From Macrostomum lignano (Eukaryota), in the NCBI GenBank assembly GCA_002269645.1, contig NIVC01000821.1, positions 139 to 64,138 on the forward strand: DNA of 64,000 bases. The letters are read 5' to 3'. This document shows positions 1-12,700 of the stretch, piece after piece. Within the stretch, counting starts at the first letter, position 1; each line of letters opens with the position of its first letter. Made by a program: the position numbers and the translations under genes. The notes beneath the pieces are model-generated. The model saw only the letters and a program-made list of their open reading frames with translations. It had not been told where the DNA came from and made no database searches.

Positions 1-1103
1 TTGCTCTTAATGTTCTCTTATAACGCAGTTGCAAGAAATAAAAAAGTAAACTAAATTCTATTAAAAGTCTCAACAAATTTTCTGCTTTGTTTAATTATCT
101 TTTTGATTGGTTGCGCGTACATTTATTTATGCTGACATTTAAATGTGAAAATATTCTTCGAAACACCATGCTAAATAGTTATCAGATTTGATAACCCGAC
201 CCGAGCCAAAGTGCTACAACTACTACTGAAAAAGTGTGTGGATAAGGCAAAGACAATTTTGTTTGTTCGTGAACTCTGTGTTGTTCATCACGGAGTTTCT
301 TCATTTTGTATTAACCGATTAGCCAAATTGAAGTAAAGGGTTTCAGTGTTCGTAATTATTTTAAGTACTCACTGATGCAATTGCCACACTATTTACATTA
401 TTTATTTTTCTTTGAATAGACCAACAATGTAACTTTGTAAGTCAAAAGACGAGTAGACTAAGAATTAAGAAATAGATGCAACTACAACAGAAGGGGGCAG
501 AAGTACAGTACAGAACAGAGTGCAGTAAAACACAAGTGCGGTAAAACACACAACTTTCTCTCAATCTCTTTAAATCTCTCAAAAAGAGTGATGCATCATC
601 AGAATGAACATGATAGAGACTGGAGTCATGCACAATATCACCTAAACCTAGAGTGCTATGGCACCCTAGGATTTGAAGATTTGAATGACACATCGTCCAT
701 ACCACCTTAGGATTTGAAGATTGTCATGACGCATCGTCCAGGCCACTTTATGATTGCCATGGCGCACTAGATGCACTGTCCACAGTGTCTGAAAACTTAT
801 TCCAATAGGGTTTTATTATTCTTTCATTTTTTCAATGGCCATAAATCAGCAAAGACATACGATACAACACAAATAAGATTGAATATGATTTGTAAAAAAG
901 GTCACAATGCAAGCTTGCTTACGTATGCGGACAGTGGTTATGATGCCACCAGTAAAATTGGTACGCCAATTTTGTCGTTCTGTTGTGTGTGTACGCAGAT
1001 ACGCAGATATACCAGTTTTCTGAAGATCTGTATGCCGAAACTGATTCTAACGGCCAAGTGTACGTGGGAATATTCCTGCGTACGGACACCTTCCTGACTA
1101 TGG
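1..1103. mobile_element. Terminal part of a DNA transposon, same family as the MITE at 44623-45084; other end lies outside the window or is lost
   Basis: CACCTTCCTGACTATGG at 1087-1103 is identical to 17 nt of the MITE terminal repeat (45068-45084). Subterminal 1058-1076 matches 45038-45056 at 16/19. How far the element extends to the left is not determinable. Confidence 0.6.
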
Positions 1104-1597
1104 GCCACACTATATGCCACACTGTACACAGCCAAGAAATGTACACCGGTGTATGCCACAGAACTCAAGTGTACACTGGAAAATTCTGGCGTATACCCCT
1201 CCTTCTGCAATATAGGTTATAGATTTTAACTAAAGATCATACTTAGTTGCTAGTAGCTATGGTTAAAAATTATGGAGATTTAGAGCACCTTATGTAATTT
1301 TTTGTAGTAGGCCAAATACAAAATCATAAGAATTATGCTTAAATTATTTTAAATTACAAAATATCTTCATTAAGGTATTCTTTGCTAGATACAAAAAATT
1401 TGCCTAAATAAATAGTTAAATATAGTGTAGCAAATATAAATTTGCTATTGTTTAGCCTATCTAGATGCCATTTTAATGGCAATTTTGTTAATTTCTAATA
1501 TACTATAGAAAAATTCAAAATAAAGAGATTTGATAATCTGAAACAATTACTATTTTATAATAATAATAATACTATTTTATATAGCTATACTATAATA

Positions 1598-2144
1598 GCT
1601 GCACACAACTGTGTAATCAAAAATGAAAGTCTATGCCTCAAGATTGTAGATTACAATTTTTGTCTATGGCAAAAAGACTCAAAAAAGTTTAAAATTTGAA
1701 GGCTTTTAAACTTCTGCTACTAAATTTGGCTACTTCTCATAAGGCCCACTCTTTCTGCTTTCTATGGGGAAGTTGCTTGGGAATAATCTTGCAGTTTTGA
1801 GCTGCATAGCATTCCTAGTTAAAGTTGCAATTTCTGACTGATGTGGCCACAGAATATTCTTTGAAAGTGGCTCAATTTTCCGACTGAGACTATGGATAGT
1901 GCAAAAATGTTGCAGTTTTTTGGGAAAAGGAAATTAACAAAACTGGTGCATCACTGTGGGAAGGGTATCCAGATAAATGGCAGCTTTGTAGAGCTCACTG
2001 AAATTGCTGAAGAAATGAAAAATGGTGCCAGATTTTTGACTTGATGAACATGTTCAAACTTGGTTACTTTTGCCATAGACAAAAATCGTAATTTAAAATT
2101 TTGAGGCATGATCTTTCATTTACAATTATACAGTTGTGTGCAGC
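1598..2144. mobile_element. Foldback/MITE-like element with ~80-bp imperfect terminal inverted repeats, in SLC25A46 intron 1 (left arm)
   Basis: GCTGCACACAACTG...TTTTTGTCTATGGCAAAA (1598-1676) is the reverse complement of 2067-2144. TA flanks both ends, but TA is palindromic and so not diagnostic. Confidence 0.65.
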
Positions 2145-3477
2145 TATATTAGGCTTAAAATAAAGCTATTAGTTGTTCATATGTGTAAAATTTTTAGGTG
2201 GAAATTCATTTATCCAATCAAAAGTTATAACAAAATTCTTGTTACTTTTGAAACACCCCTTGTACTCGTACAATATTATATAAAGTTCAAGTATATTATG
2301 GCAAACTATTACATAAATGTATTCAAATTTTTCAGACAAGTATTATGATCCATCTTGATTTATTTTACTTAGCTATTGGGAAAAAAACAAGTATTAAAAC
2401 AGATTTTTCACATTCATAATTTTGATTCAAACTATATGTCAGCATTGTCAATAGATTTATCTTTACCTAACAAGTCTTTTTAGCATGCGTGCTTTGTACA
2501 GTTTTATATACAGCTAATGAAATTTAAGGAAATGAATTTTTCAAAATGGAAGAATGCCAGTTTAACAAAATGGATAACAGTTTCATTAAGTGAATAAAAG
2601 TGTTTTAGAGAATTTTTCTATTATTTTTAGATTAGTTTTTATTTAGGCATCATAAACTGGGGCACCAAATAGCAAAGTAGAGCAGCCAAATGCCAGGTGC
2701 TAAAAGCATGCATCTTTTAAAAACATTAGCATTGAGTAATTTCTAGATATTTTCATTTTCTTTTAATAGAAATGTTAATAGTATGACTTTAATAATTTTT
2801 ATAGTAATTGGCAAAGTATATTTTATGAGTTTATTACAAAGATTGTTTATAATAATTGTATGCTATAAGTTTTATAGTGAATTAATTACTCTTAACTAGA
2901 TTTGGAACTAAAAGCCTTGAAATAGACATAAAATATCAATGAGTAGGAAATGGTTTTTTATTTAATTGTAGTTTTTTATAATCTTATTAAATAGCAATAA
3001 ATAAGCTATCTCCACCTTTTATCTTTCCTAATTTAGAGCAATACCAGTCCTATGCCTCACTTGGAGTTGGCTTTGCCAGGTTTGTTTCAGTTTGTTTTTA
3101 CTTTCACTGTTTCAAATAGAACAGTACTAATGTAATCAATTGTGAGCCAATTTCTAATTACAGTCTGGTTGCAGAAACACTGCTGTCTCATCCATGTATT
3201 GTGCTCAGGCGGCAGTGTCAGGTAAGATTTCCCTGTTTAGTTAAATCTCTACATTATTTGTGCTTTTGGTTTTTTATGTCATTTTTATGTAGACTTCGTA
3301 ATCTGTTGAATTCATTCAGCATCCATATACTGATCCAAATTGCAGGTGATGAATGATGGCCAGAGCTACCACCTGTTGCCATTCAGCCTTGTACCTGTCA
3401 TATACAATCTGCACAAGACACAGGTTTGTGCATTCAAACTCTAGTTCTAGGCCATTTTCCATTGTTAGTCCTCCAAT

Positions 3478-3930
3478 TCACCAGCTTGCCAGCTAACCCG
3501 CGTCCCCAGTTCCAGCTGATCCACCGTCCCCACTGCCAGCTGATCCACCGTCCCCAGTTCCAGCTGATCCCCGTCCCAGTGCCAGCTGATCCACCGTACC
3601 AGTGCCAGCTGATCCCCGTCCCCACTGCCAGCTGACCCCCCGTCCCAGTGCCAGCTGATCCCCGTCCCACTGCCAGCTGATCCACCGTACCCAGTGCCAG
3701 CTGACCCCCGTCCCCACTGCCAGCTGATCCACCGTACTCAGTGCCAGCTGATCCACCGTACCCAGTGCCAGCTGACCCCCCGTCCCCACTGCCAGCTGAT
3801 CCCCGTCCCCACTGCCAGCTGATCCCCGTCCCCACTGCCAGCTGATCCACCGTACCCAGTGCCAGCTGATCCACCGTACCCAGTGCCAGCTGACCCCCCG
3901 TCCCCACTGCCAGCTGACCCGCCGTCCCAC
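3478..3930. repeat. 24-bp (21-bp variant) minisatellite CCAGCTGATCCACCGTCCCCACTG, SLC25A46 intron 4
   Basis: Direct tandem units over about 450 bp. Confidence 0.95.
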
Positions 3931-4212
3931 TGATGTTTTCCTACTCCCTCGCATCTCAGGCATCGCCTGCCTATGGAAAGGCATTGGTAGCGTCTTCATA
4001 GTGCGCGGCCTTCATCTGGTCACGGAGAATGTTGTCAGTGAAATCACGCACTTTCCAAAGTAAGTTTGGCGCTGCTGACTTCTATCGCAGCGCTTGATGC
4101 AATTGCTCCTATAAGTGTACTACTAGATTGAAGTCCGTAGTCTCGTGATACTTCTAGATATACTAAATCCATATACTAAAATGGTATGTCGGTATGTGTG
4201 TGATCGATTTTA

Positions 4213-4822
4213 GCAGATGATACCCCCTTCCCTTAACAGATGATACCCTTCCCTTAACAGTGATACCCTTCCCTTTTAGCAGGTGATACCCTTCCCTTAG
4301 CAGGTGATACCCTTCCCCTTAGCAGGTGATACCCTTCCCTTAGCAGGTGATACCCTTACTTAGCAGGTGATATCCTTACTTAGCAGGTGATACCCTTACT
4401 TAGCAGGTGATACCCTTAGCAGGTGATACCCTTACTTAGCAGGTGATATCCTTACTTAGCAGGTGATACCCTTACTTAGCAGGTGATACCCTTAGCAGGT
4501 GATACCCTTACTTAGCAGGTGATACCCTTACTTAGCAGGTGATACCCTTACTTAGCAGGTGATACCCTTACTTAGCAGGTGATACCCTTACTTAGCAGGT
4601 GATACCCTTACTTAGCAGGTGATACCCTTACTTAGCAGGTGATACCCTTACTTAGCAGGTGATACCCTTACTTAGCAGGTGATACCCTTACTTAGCAGGT
4701 GATACCCTTACTTAGCAGGTGATACCCTTACTTAGCAGGTGATACCCTTACTTAGCAGGTGATACCCTTACTTAGCAGGTGATACCCTTACTTAGCAGGT
4801 GATACCCTTACTTAGCAGGTGA
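4213..4822. repeat. 20/21-bp minisatellite GATACCCTTACTTAGCAGGT, SLC25A46 intron 5
   Basis: About 30 units; perfect 20-bp period across 4501-4820. Confidence 0.97.
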
Positions 4823-5739
4823 TTGGTTCACAGCAAGAGAAACGGTCATATTTGGTAGCCCAGCTTCTAAGCGGCGCATTGATTTTCCGTCACCACCAGA
4901 GAGGTGAACCGGCACAGCTCCGCAAAGAAGCTGGCTCAGCACCTTTGCCTCAAGGCTGCCACCTGGGCTCTCGTGGCGCCATTCTACGCAGCCTCTCTGG
5001 TGGAAACTGTGCAGTCGGACATCGCCTCGGACAGTCCGGGCGTCCTGGACTGCCTGAAGGAGGGCCTGGCCCGCCTGCTGGTGTTCTCAACCCCGCCGAC
5101 CGCCTCCTCTAACCTGCTGCCGTTCTGGAAGCTCGTGCCGCCGGTTGTGTGCCTGGGGGCCGCCTCCTACGCAATCCGGGCGCTCGCCAACTACGCCGTG
5201 ATGCGCTCGGCCGAGCGGGACGGCTCCACCGACCGGCCGCTCGCTACAGGGGCTACCGCGGCGCAGCACCGAGGTGAGACTGGGCCTCTCCTGCAGTCCC
5301 TCTGCCGCATCCTCAACAGCCTGGGATTCCCTGGCGATTCCTGGAATTCCAGGTGGCAGGGCCAGCTTGCCATTCTGCCTCTTTCAGGAGTGAAGCGTTG
5401 TTTGCGGGAAGGTTACTGTGGGGTATTTGTATGGGGAATGCCAGTCAGCTGTCTTTGTAGTGCGTCGCCCTCATCAGACTCAACGTACCGAATTTAATCC
5501 ACAGGTTTGATGAATTAGGCGGGCGGAAATGATGCTGACAGCAAGTTGGAGCTGGCATTCAGCTTGGCCATGTAGTTTCAACAATCGCTTCATCAAGAGC
5601 AAATAGTCCTAAAGTAAAGCTTTTATGGTGCATAGAAGCTCATAGACCGCATTCGCTTGGAATTATCGCTCCCAAAGTTAGATATAATTTGTCTGGCAAA
5701 ACTTTGAAGAAGTTTTAATTTAGCTCGTATCGCTATGCA

Positions 5740-7128
5740 CGATAGTAAAAGTACTCAATGTAGTTATCGCCATGCGTGATGGTAAAAGTACTCAATGTAG
5801 TTATCGCCATGCGTGATGGTAAAAGTACTCAATGTAGTTATCGCCATGCGTGATGGTAAAAGTACTTAATGTAGTTATCGCCATGCGTGATGGTACAAGT
5901 AACTCAATGTAGTTATCGCCATGTGTGATGGTACAAGTAACTCGATGTAGTTATCCCCATGCGTGATGGTACAAGTAACTCAATGTAGTTATCGCCATGC
6001 GTGATGGTACAAGTAACTCGATGTAGTTATCGCCATGCGTGATGGTACAAGTAACTCGATGTAGTTATCGCCATGCGTGATGGTACAAGTAACTCAATGT
6101 AGTTATCGCCATGTGTGATGGTACAAGTAACTCGATGTAGTTATCCCCATGCGTGATGGTACAAGTAACTCGATGTAGTTATCCCCATGCGTGATGGTAC
6201 AAGTAACTCAATGTAGTTATCGCCATGCGTGATGGTAAAAGTAACTCAATGTAGTTATCGCCATGCGTGATGGTACAAGTAACTCAATGTAGTTATCGCC
6301 ATGCGTGATGGTACAAGTAACTCAATGTAGTTATCGCCATGCGTGATGGTAAAAGTACTTAATGTAGTTATCGCCATGCGTGATGGTAAAAGTACTTAAT
6401 GTAGTTATCGCCATGCGTGATGGTACAAGTAACTCAATGTAGTTATCGCCATGCGTGATGGTACAAGTAACTCAATGTAGTTATCGCCATGCGTGATGGT
6501 AAAAGTACTTAATGTAGTTATCGCCATGCGTGATGGTAAAAGTACTTAATGTAGTTATCGCCATGCGTGATGGTACAAGTAACTCAATGTAGTTTTCGCC
6601 ATGCGTGATGGTAAAAGTACTTAATGTAGTTATCGCCATGCGTGATGGTAAAAGTACTTAATGTAGTTATCGCCATGCGTGATGGTACAAGTAACTCAAT
6701 GTAGTTATCGCCATGCGTGATGGTACAAGTAACTCAATGTAGTTATCGCCATGCGTGATGGTACAAGTAACTCAATGTAGTTATCCCCATGCGTGATGGT
6801 ACAAGTAACTCAATGTAGTTATCGCCATGCGTGATGGTAAAAGTACTTAATGTAGTTATCGCCATGCGTGATGGTACAAGTAACTCAATGTAGTTATCGC
6901 CATGCGTGATGGTACAAGTAACTCAATGTAGTTATCCCCATGCGTGATGGTACAAGTAACTCAATGTAGTTATCCCCATGCGTGATGGTACAAGTAACTC
7001 AATGTAGTTATCGCCATGCGTGATGGTACAAGTAACTCGATGTAGTTATCGCCATGCGTGATAGTAAAAGTACTTAATGTAGTTATCGCCATGCGTGATG
7101 GTACAAGTAACTCGATGTAGTTATCGCC
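5740..7128. repeat. 37/38-bp minisatellite ATGTAGTTATCGCCATGCGTGATGGTACAAGTAACTCA, SLC25A46 intron 6
   Basis: About 37 units with interspersed variants. Confidence 0.97.
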
Positions 7129-7867
7129 GTATTCATTGCGTAATTTTGGAATTCAAGCTGGCCTCTTTTCGTGAGATTATGGACTCCCAGTCCAAATATT
7201 CAGAGGTCCCTGGTGCTTAGCTGGCTGACAGTCAGTTGTCGGTGCCTTCTAATTGTTTGAATCCGTAAGCCTGGCTAATTCGTCACACCAAGGTCATCCA
7301 ACTGCCCCCCCCCAGGTGGACACCGAGCTGTACGAGCGCTTCTACCCCGAGCTGCTCAGCAGCTTTGTTGGCGCCCTGCTCTCCGACCTGCTGCTGTTCC
7401 CGCTGGAGACCCTCACACACCGGCTGTGCGTGCAGGGCACCCGCACCCTCATCGACAACATGGACACCGGCCTCGGCGTGGCCTCCCTCAGCACCACCCA
7501 CACCGGCCTGCTGGACGCCTTTGTCACCACCGTCCGCCTGGAGTCGCCTGTCAGCCTCTATCGCGGCTTTGGCGCCCTTCTGCTGCAGTTTGGCGCCCAT
7601 CTCTGCCTGCTGCGCGCCGCCAAGATGTCGTACGAGCGGCTGGTGACCGCCTGGGCCGGCGGCAGTGACCGCGTGGGCGTCGGTGGCCCGACGGACCCTG
7701 ACTCGGAGTCCACTAGCAGCCGCAGCATCTTCTCCGATGTTGATGAGGTCGCCGCCGGTTTTCCTGCACAGTAGCCCACCTGAGCTTCTGTCGGTGAGCC
7801 ATCGACTCGGGGAGTTTCGTTGTGGAGAGAGGACGGCTGACACTCCCCACCAAAGTAGCTGACACCC

Positions 7868-8055
7868 ACTGAAGTAGTTAAGGCCCCGATAGAAGTGGCT
7901 CGGACCCGTGCTGAAGAGGCTGAGATCCGTGCTGAAGTAGCTGGGACCCGTGCTGAAGTGACAGACCCGTACTGAAGTGGCTGGGACCCGTGCTGAAGTG
8001 GCTGGGACCCGTGCTGAAGTGACAGACCCGTGCTGAAGTGGCTGGGACCCGTGCT
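7868..8055. repeat. 21-bp minisatellite GCTGAAGTGGCTGGGACCCGT just 3' of the SLC25A46 stop
   Basis: About 8-9 units. Confidence 0.9.
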
Positions 8056-9744
8056 AGAGCAGTTGGAAACCAACTAAGCTGGGTATTTGAGGCTGTGTTG
8101 AAATAGTGGATTTGCAATTGCGCAGTGGGTAATCTGCAATCCTACAGACTATTTCCATTTTCAATTTCTAGGTGTTGCGGTGGTCACCGTGGCAACGGAC
8201 AGTTGGCGCCCATACGAATGCTTATTATCTGCTTGTTTTTACTCTGCCATGCTCATTCTGATTAGTGAGACTCAGCCCCGCAATTGATGCCTGTCCAGTG
8301 AAACACGCGAGTCACTGTTGCGGCCCCTCTGATTTCGGATCGCACCGGCAATCTTCTGTCTTTCGCTTCTCAACCAGATGACAATTAGATGAGCGCAAGT
8401 GCTCCATTTGCCACATACCAGCTAGTTGCAGGCTGCAGGCTCCACAACGATTTCATTCTTGTATCTGCTTACATCTGACTCGCTACTGAGAGTAACTGCC
8501 TGTAATCTGAGACTGCAAACTCTTTTGCACCTGCTTGCGTGTTTGCAAACTGCATTGCCAGCTTTTGTGTTCTGCTCGCCCATAGCCGCTACTGCAAGGC
8601 GCTGGCATTCCAGCTATTCAACCATTGCTGCTGGCTGCAGACAATTGGGGATTCTTTTCTATGACTGGCTGTGGGCGAGTTTTCGAATTTAGAAGAGTTT
8701 ATAGAATTTCTGTATTTTGCTGCACCCCATTGTTACAGTAGTGATGTCTCCAAAGCGTTTTCTCTGTCTACCTGATTAGCAATTCGTGCACTTTTAATTT
8801 CTCTTTCGATGGATCGTTCGAACGCTGACTTGTATTTGTTGTGTCCAGTGTTTCTTATCCCATGATAAAAAAGCCCTTACAGTTTTTTCTTATATCAATA
8901 AATAAACCCTACTGAAAGTAGTAATTAGCGTACTTAGGCTTCGTTCGTTCGATTTGTATTCTGATTAAATATAAAACTTTTAGGCGCCAGTTCAGCCAGA
9001 AAGCATTCTGATAGGCTTGGCGCAGTCTGTTCTTCCAGAAATGCTCGCGCCGCTTTTTTGAAGACTTATTCAGTGCTGCATCTCAGCTGGAGGTCCTTGC
9101 GCTTTGGTGGCTCAATGCCAAATTCAAATTCACAGTCAGCCCTTTCGTAATTGCTGTGTTGCTGATTTTGTGGGACAAGTAGATTTGCAGGTTTATTTAA
9201 GCGCGCATGTTACAGGGTAAATTTTTATGTACGTTATCAGCTATGCGGAACTGCATTTTGTACAAGTATTTTACTTCTGCTTGGGTTACACCTTGCAACT
9301 TGGGGGAAAATTCCCTCACCGATGCTACACTGCATATTCATGGGGACCCCGGTCTCATTTGCATTGTGTTGTGATTGTTTGCTTTTAGTTATTTCCGTTG
9401 TACAGCAAAATGCAATCGAGTCTTTTGTGATTGCTGTCGGATTTTTTTAAGTTAACTGGTTTCTTTTGGGTACGAGCTAGACAGTTTGGGCATTTGAGCG
9501 GCATCTTAAACACTTTATTCTCTGTCTGCTTGAGCTCTGGAGGCGCCTCAGAGTCGCATTAGAAACGCAATAGCAAAATACCGTCGAACATCTCGGAAAA
9601 AATTTAAACTCCCTGGGCATTTTACTGTAGCGCCTCGTAACTTCTGGGAGCGCTGCAGGTTGGCTTTTTGCTTCCCAGGTAGACTTAGCTCGTATTCCCC
9701 TTAGTCAGGCGGTCTCAAAAGCGACTCTGAGCTGCATGGCGGCC

Positions 9745-12700
9745 TCAGTCGCTGTCCAGCTGTCCCTCGGTCTTCTCCTTGCTGACCTTGAGCAGCACGT
9801 GCCAGTTGCAGATCTGTTCGCCTTTTGAGTCGCGCATGTCGCCCCAGTGATCCAGAGCCTCCTCGCTGCAGTTGTTCCGGCCTGAGGGCAAGGTGTTCAT
9901 GCAGCTTCATGACGGCTGAACCAATGCTATTTTGCAGTAGGCCCAGCTGTACTTACCGACCGTGCACCAGCCAATAGTGACTGTTCGGCTCAGGGTGTGC
10001 TTGCAGTACACCTTCACCATCACGGAGACGTCGTCAAGGTGGGCGCGGCTCACCGGATACTCAAAAGTTTCGTACCACTCCGGGTTGGGGCTATCCGGGA
10101 TGGACAGCGTCTTGGAGCGGAACAACACGGGGCTATCCTTGCTGAGACCCCACAGCAGCTGCACCTTCGTGAACGCGGCTGCGGGATGGACGGCGCGTGT
10201 TTTTGTGAATTGCCTGTTAAAAGCTCCCCAACCCGTCAGCATTAGAGCTGGCATCAACTTGTGCCATCGAAATTACAGAAGATGTTGGTCAACATATCTA
10301 CTCGTATCAACAACTCACTCGGAGGCCGGTCCGACTTCGGGTTTCGCAGGTTGCAGGCCTTCACAATGGCCACTTGGAGGTGGCCGTTCACCTGGTTGTA
10401 CGCCAGGCCCAGGAACAGCTCTGGCTGGCTCACCAGTGCCGGGCCCTCCGTTGGAGGCGGCAGCAGCAGCGCGTCGACCGAATCCTTTGCCGACTTCTTC
10501 TGTGCCTTGGCAGACGCCTTTTGCTGCTCAAGCTCTTCCTGCAACAAAAACAATTGGCTTCCGGCTCTGCCTTTATCCTGACATTCAGTGTGTCCTTGAA
10601 CCGCTAGGAATTTAGCTGGAAGTCTCGGGGCTTTACAATCTACGCTTCAATCTCAAATTTAAGAGCAAGGAGTGGTGGAGCGGCACCCGAGCTTTGCGCC
10701 GAGAATTCCTTTATTTGGGGCTCGCGCACGATTGCTGAGCTGTGAGTTTTTTAATTTACATGGTAGCTCATAAAAAGCTACTTCCAAGACAGGCAGTAGG
10801 CATCGCAATTGTGTACGCAGTGGTAAATTGCCATCACACTGGCTTCGCACAAGGACCACCAGCAGGACCCTTGGCTTTGCATTGTGGGGAAATTCAAGCT
10901 ATACATGTAACTACCGCAAAAAGCTTTGTAAAAATGCAATTTTCTTTGGTATAGAACTCACATCAGAGTCTGACAGATGCTTCAGCTGCAATTCAAAATT
11001 GGAGGATCAAGTCAGCACGGTAAAACGCTTTTTTACTCGCGTGTAAAAACATTCTAGCAGGATTTTCCTCTGCCTCACCTTGGAAATTGCGAACCGGCGC
11101 TCCTCCAGCAGCAGCCGGAAACGGTTCTGTCTCACCTTGTCTGAGGTCTGCAGCGCCTCCGCCATCTTCTCCAGAGCAAATGTGTTTTCACCGAGCAGAA
11201 AGCTACGCTTCTTTCGCCAGCAACCATACAGCCGGAAACGAATGGCCAGCGCTTGCTGAGGGTTCTTGACTAGGTTCTTCTCTGCAGAGTGGATTGTTTG
11301 CTCTTTTTTATTGTAAGGTGTGCTGAACAAGCTCCCAAATCCGCACTGCCCCTGTCCCAGCTCCCAAATGCTGGATTTCAAACCTGCATTGCTCTAGTTC
11401 CAGCAAATGTGTGTACTGTATATGTGTGTATTTCAAATGTGTGTATTGTCAAAGAAAAATGTGTATTTGAAATACACCCCCAAAGTCTTTCTACTGTTAA
11501 GACTGCCCAGTCCCTGACGCCAGGAGCACTCAGTTCTCACCTTTAGAGATCGGTGCAAATTTGAACAAATCCTTGTCGTCGTCCTCCTGTGGCTGCTTCA
11601 AGCCCGCCTTCTTGGCTGCCTTCTCCTCTTCGGTCTCCTCCTTCCCGAACTTCGTCACGTCCTTCAGCGGCTCGTCCATTGGCTTATTGGCATCCGCCGC
11701 CACCTGCCGCCGCTTCAGCCGCTCCTGCCTCTGCCGCTCCTTCATGGCCAGCTGCTGCTGCCGGTGCTGCTCCCGCCGCTCCTGCTGCTGCTGCTGCTGC
11801 GCCGCCTTCCGCGCCGCGATGCCCGCCAGCACCGACTTCTTGCTGTTCCTCTCCGCTGCGGCGCCCGCCGCGACCTCTTCTTTGGGCTTAGACTTGCCAG
11901 GCAGCCTTGGGATGCTCAGCTTGCCGATCTTCACCGCCTGCTTTGCTGTATCGCCCGACTTGCCGGCCTCGGCTTTTGTAGCCTCATCCTTTTTCTTGTC
12001 CTTCTTCTTGTCCTTGTCCTTAGACTTCTTTTCCTTGTCCTGGCCGCCGTCCTTACTCTTGTCCACCTCGCCCTCTTTGTCTCGGGCTTCTGCAGCGGCG
12101 GTGGCTGCCGTCAGAGTCTGAAGCTTCTTTTTCTTCGGGTCCTCGTGCTCCACCATGGGAGTGCGGAAAGTGAGCACTTTGTCAGGGAGCAGGGTGGCGC
12201 AGACTTGCAGCATCGACCAGCGCATCTTCTTGTTGCTTTTGCGGCGAAACTTTGTGAGTGCCATTTTCAGCTCCACCTGCAGAATGCGCACGTTGAGACT
12301 CTGGCTTTTGGCCTCGTGCTTCATCTCGGCTTCCAGATACCCAACGATTTTTGGCATTGGCCGCTGGGCTGGCGCCTCGTTCTGAAGGAAGTTAAGTTGC
12401 GGTTATGCTTGCGATTTTGGATCTGTGCTATTAGCGGACATGCGGCTCGTATGAGCGATGGGACATGTGCACAATGGGGACATGCGTGCAATCCGTGATA
12501 AAGAACCCTCTTCGACCCATACCAGACTGGTTCCAGCACCAGCTGAAATCGCATCCGCCCCGAAGCAGCCCTCATCCTCGTCGTCGTCCTCGTCTTCCCC
12601 CTCAAAGTCCGCGTCGCCATCTTCATCGTATTCCTCCTCCTCCTCGTCTTCTTGGTACTCCTCCGCCTCGTCAAAATTTTCCTCGCCATCTGGGAACTGC

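Larger units (their letters stand above)
3037..7774 (+). pseudogene. SLC25A46: Second SLC25A46 copy: exons 2-7 only in the window, with three 1-bp deletions (pseudogene or consensus errors)
   Basis: Exons 3037-3079, 3164-3221, 3346-3423, 3960-4059, 4900-5273, 7316-7774. Exon 5 is 100 nt versus 101 and exon 6 is 374 versus 376 in the right copy; each loss is one G from a GGG run. The exon-5 shift gives an early TAG. Confidence 0.8.

Noticed and set aside
983-1222. ORF with a stretch (QFSEDLYAETDSNGQVYVGIFL) resembling a LINE reverse-transcriptase motif
   Set aside because: It is not followed by DxxKAFD, and the same bases align as the subterminal region and TIR of a DNA transposon.
3426-3999. 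Long repetitive ORFs (also 18566-19616, 19920-20961, 22088-24485, 34913-35622, 38637-39613, 45273-45620, 45979-46293)
   Set aside because: These are translations of stop-free minisatellites lying in introns, UTR-side regions or an LTR; open in several frames and on both strands.
5575-5597. Hammerhead-like core on the minus strand (TTGATGA-AGC-GATT-GTT-GAAAC)
   Set aside because: The core C is replaced, I could not find stem III or an NUH cleavage triplet, and the mirror copy has lost GAAA.
5740-7128. 37/38-bp (and 58-bp) arrays as CRISPR-like repeats; the 38-mer has a weak hairpin
   Set aside because: No unique spacers, no cas genes, and a eukaryotic intronic context.
8183-8196. RFX X-box-like palindrome GTCACCGTGGCAAC
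   Set aside because: A single degenerate match between convergent 3' ends, with no nearby gene start identified.
7283-12498. Antisense ORFs 7283..7843, 11561..12121, 11764..12498 and their mirrors
   Set aside because: Shadow frames of GC-rich real exons on the opposite strand.
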